This document shows, in pieces, positions 62,565 to 64,000 of a DNA stretch of 64,000 bases. Position 1 is the first letter of the stretch, and each line of letters opens with the position of its first letter. Source of the stretch: Paecilomyces variotii (taxonomy: Eukaryota). The translations under genes and the position numbers were made by a program. The stretch lies in NCBI GenBank assembly GCA_004022145.1, contig RCNU01000007.1; one strand, given 5' to 3'. Below the pieces are notes generated by a model that saw only the letters and a list, made by a program, of their open reading frames with translations, did no database searches and had not been told where the DNA came from.

Positions 62565-62606
62565 CAGGACAGGACAAGACAAGACCAGACCAGACCAGAC
62601 CCCGAC
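62565..62606. repeat. Degenerate pentamer repeat (AGGAC/AAGAC/CAGAC)n upstream of SNF5
   Basis: caggacaggacaagacaagaccagaccagaccagacccgacc. Confidence 0.7.
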
Positions 62607-63056
62607 CCATCCACTCAGTCGTCCTGCCTGGAACCCTCTGAGTCTCCCGGACTGTTCGACCGCTGGCCATCGGCTGGCTTGCGTTGCTGGCTTTGGTATG
62701 TCTTCTTTGTGATCGCTGTCGCTGGCCTTCTGCCCCTGTTGTCCTTTCGTCTGTCGTTGCGCCCGCCCGGATGGCGATGGCTTTTGCTCAGGCGCAACAT
62801 GCGCCCGTCGCGATGACCTCCCCTCGCCCCCCCCAAACAAGTTCCTGTGCATTGCTTTCCTGCCCCGATCATGTCATGATGCGAGCTTGTCGCGATGGGA
62901 TCGCGTTCGATGGAGCTCCCAACCTGGCTGACCTTGATGCGCTGTCTCCCCAGGCCCTTCCAATGATGCTATCGTAGCATTCGCCTCGCCATATTTGTGC
63001 CCACCAACGTGTCTCCGTGTGAGCAGACACGCATAACTATCTCCTAGAAAGAAACA

Positions 63057-64000
63057 ATGTCATCCGCGGACCTTCCCGCAGGGACTTCTTCGAATCCGGA
63101 ATCCTCTTCGCAGGACCCCCAGCCGGATGGAGTCCAGAATGGCTCCAGCTCCGCCGTCGTAGACGCCAACGCAGAGAGCTCGAACCCGGCTGCGGACCAG
63201 GGTGCCAACGGGACCTCCCAGGACGCGATCGTGGAAGGGAAACAGAACGCGAAGGCGGTTCTGGCAGCGTCAGGGGTCTCTGTCGGAGAGTCTCAATCGG
63301 ATGAGAACCAGCGGTCCGCATCTCCCCAGTCGAATGGCGCGAATGGCACGGCGTCGAGTAGGAAACGGTCGCGTTCCGGCTCTGCGGTGCAGTCCTCTTC
63401 GCCTACAGAAAGCTTACCAGTGCGCGTTCGTGAAACGCCAACAGACAAGATCCTCCTGGAGCAGTATGTCTACCGGGAGTTCCACCACTCCGCCCTGGAA
63501 GCGTGGCATAATCCCAGCCAAGAGATTCTCCAGCAGAAACGGGCAGAGCGCGATTATTATCTGGCGTTGCGGCGGGATAACCAGACCAACCCTGCGGCTC
63601 TCTATGGCGCTGGCTACGAAGGGTATGGCAATGCGCGGACGGATCTGAGGAATCAGCATCCGCAATTACTCTATCCGTCCAACCGCCGTCGTCCGGGGGG
63701 CAGAAAGTCTAGAGAGTTACGGATATCCCGTAAGGACATGAAGGTTCAGAACGAGCAGATCGAAGACCTCGTCCCTATTCGGTTGGATATCGACTGGGAC
63801 AAGATCAAGATCCGAGATACATTTACTTGGAACCTGCATGATCGAGTGACGTCTCCCGATCTCTTCGCAGAGAAGTTCGTTGAGGACCTAGGTCTCCCTC
63901 TTGAAACATGCGTCCCGCTCGTACGCCAGATATCCCAGGCGATCCAGGAGCAGATTGTGGACTACTATCCGCAAGTGTACGTCGAGGATGATCCCCTAGA
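63057..64000 (+). CDS. SNF5: SWI/SNF subunit Snf5 (5' part; runs off the window)
   Basis: ATG 63057 opens a frame to the window end containing GYEGYGN and EDLVPIRLDIDWDKIKIRDTFTWNLHD...FAEKFVEDL (Snf5 repeat 1). Confidence 0.9.
   Translation, partial: MSSADLPAGTSSNPESSSQDPQPDGVQNGSSSAVVDANAESSNPAADQGANGTSQDAIVEGKQNAKAVLAASGVSVGESQSDENQRSASPQSNGANGTASSRKRSRSGSAVQSSSPTESLPVRVRETPTDKILLEQYVYREFHHSALEAWHNPSQEILQQKRAERDYYLALRRDNQTNPAALYGAGYEGYGNARTDLRNQHPQLLYPSNRRRPGGRKSRELRISRKDMKVQNEQIEDLVPIRLDIDWDKIKIRDTFTWNLHDRVTSPDLFAEKFVEDLGLPLETCVPLVRQISQAIQEQIVDYYPQVYVEDDPL

Overview
Gene-dense, intron-containing fungal DNA. Gene content and short GT-AG introns with CTRAC branch points point to a filamentous ascomycete, probably Eurotiales; this is an inference and the species is not determined. 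Most of the window is conserved housekeeping genes: FIG4, TTI2, CCA1, TRS85, CHMP7/Cmp7-like, RAD18, POL32/cdc27, a GH125 mannosidase, PEX12, ATP25, NMD3, ESF2, LEU5, ITC1, ALG8, EMP47, an Rco1-like double-PHD protein, Cdb4/Ebp1, an EEP hydrolase and the 5' part of SNF5. Three accessory-looking patches interrupt them: (a) 1-2.2 kb, with a divergent Cdc123-like ATP-grasp gene; (b) ~15-18.5 kb, a decayed mosaic of HNH-endonuclease and DUF3716-like pseudogene pieces; (c) ~35-40.3 kb, with a frameshifted secreted/membrane protein gene and an intact gene carrying an R-S-E ADP-ribosyltransferase-like signature. The most novel-looking items are a hidden four-exon 66-aa hydrophobic microprotein gene (47559-48428) with an unusually long, hairpin-rich first intron, repeated hairpin units downstream of the Rco1-like gene, a MARCKS-like small protein, and a RAD18/POL32 bidirectional promoter with two MCB boxes. 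No tRNA, rRNA, CRISPR array or intact transposon was recognised. All family assignments come from motif recognition by eye, not database searches.
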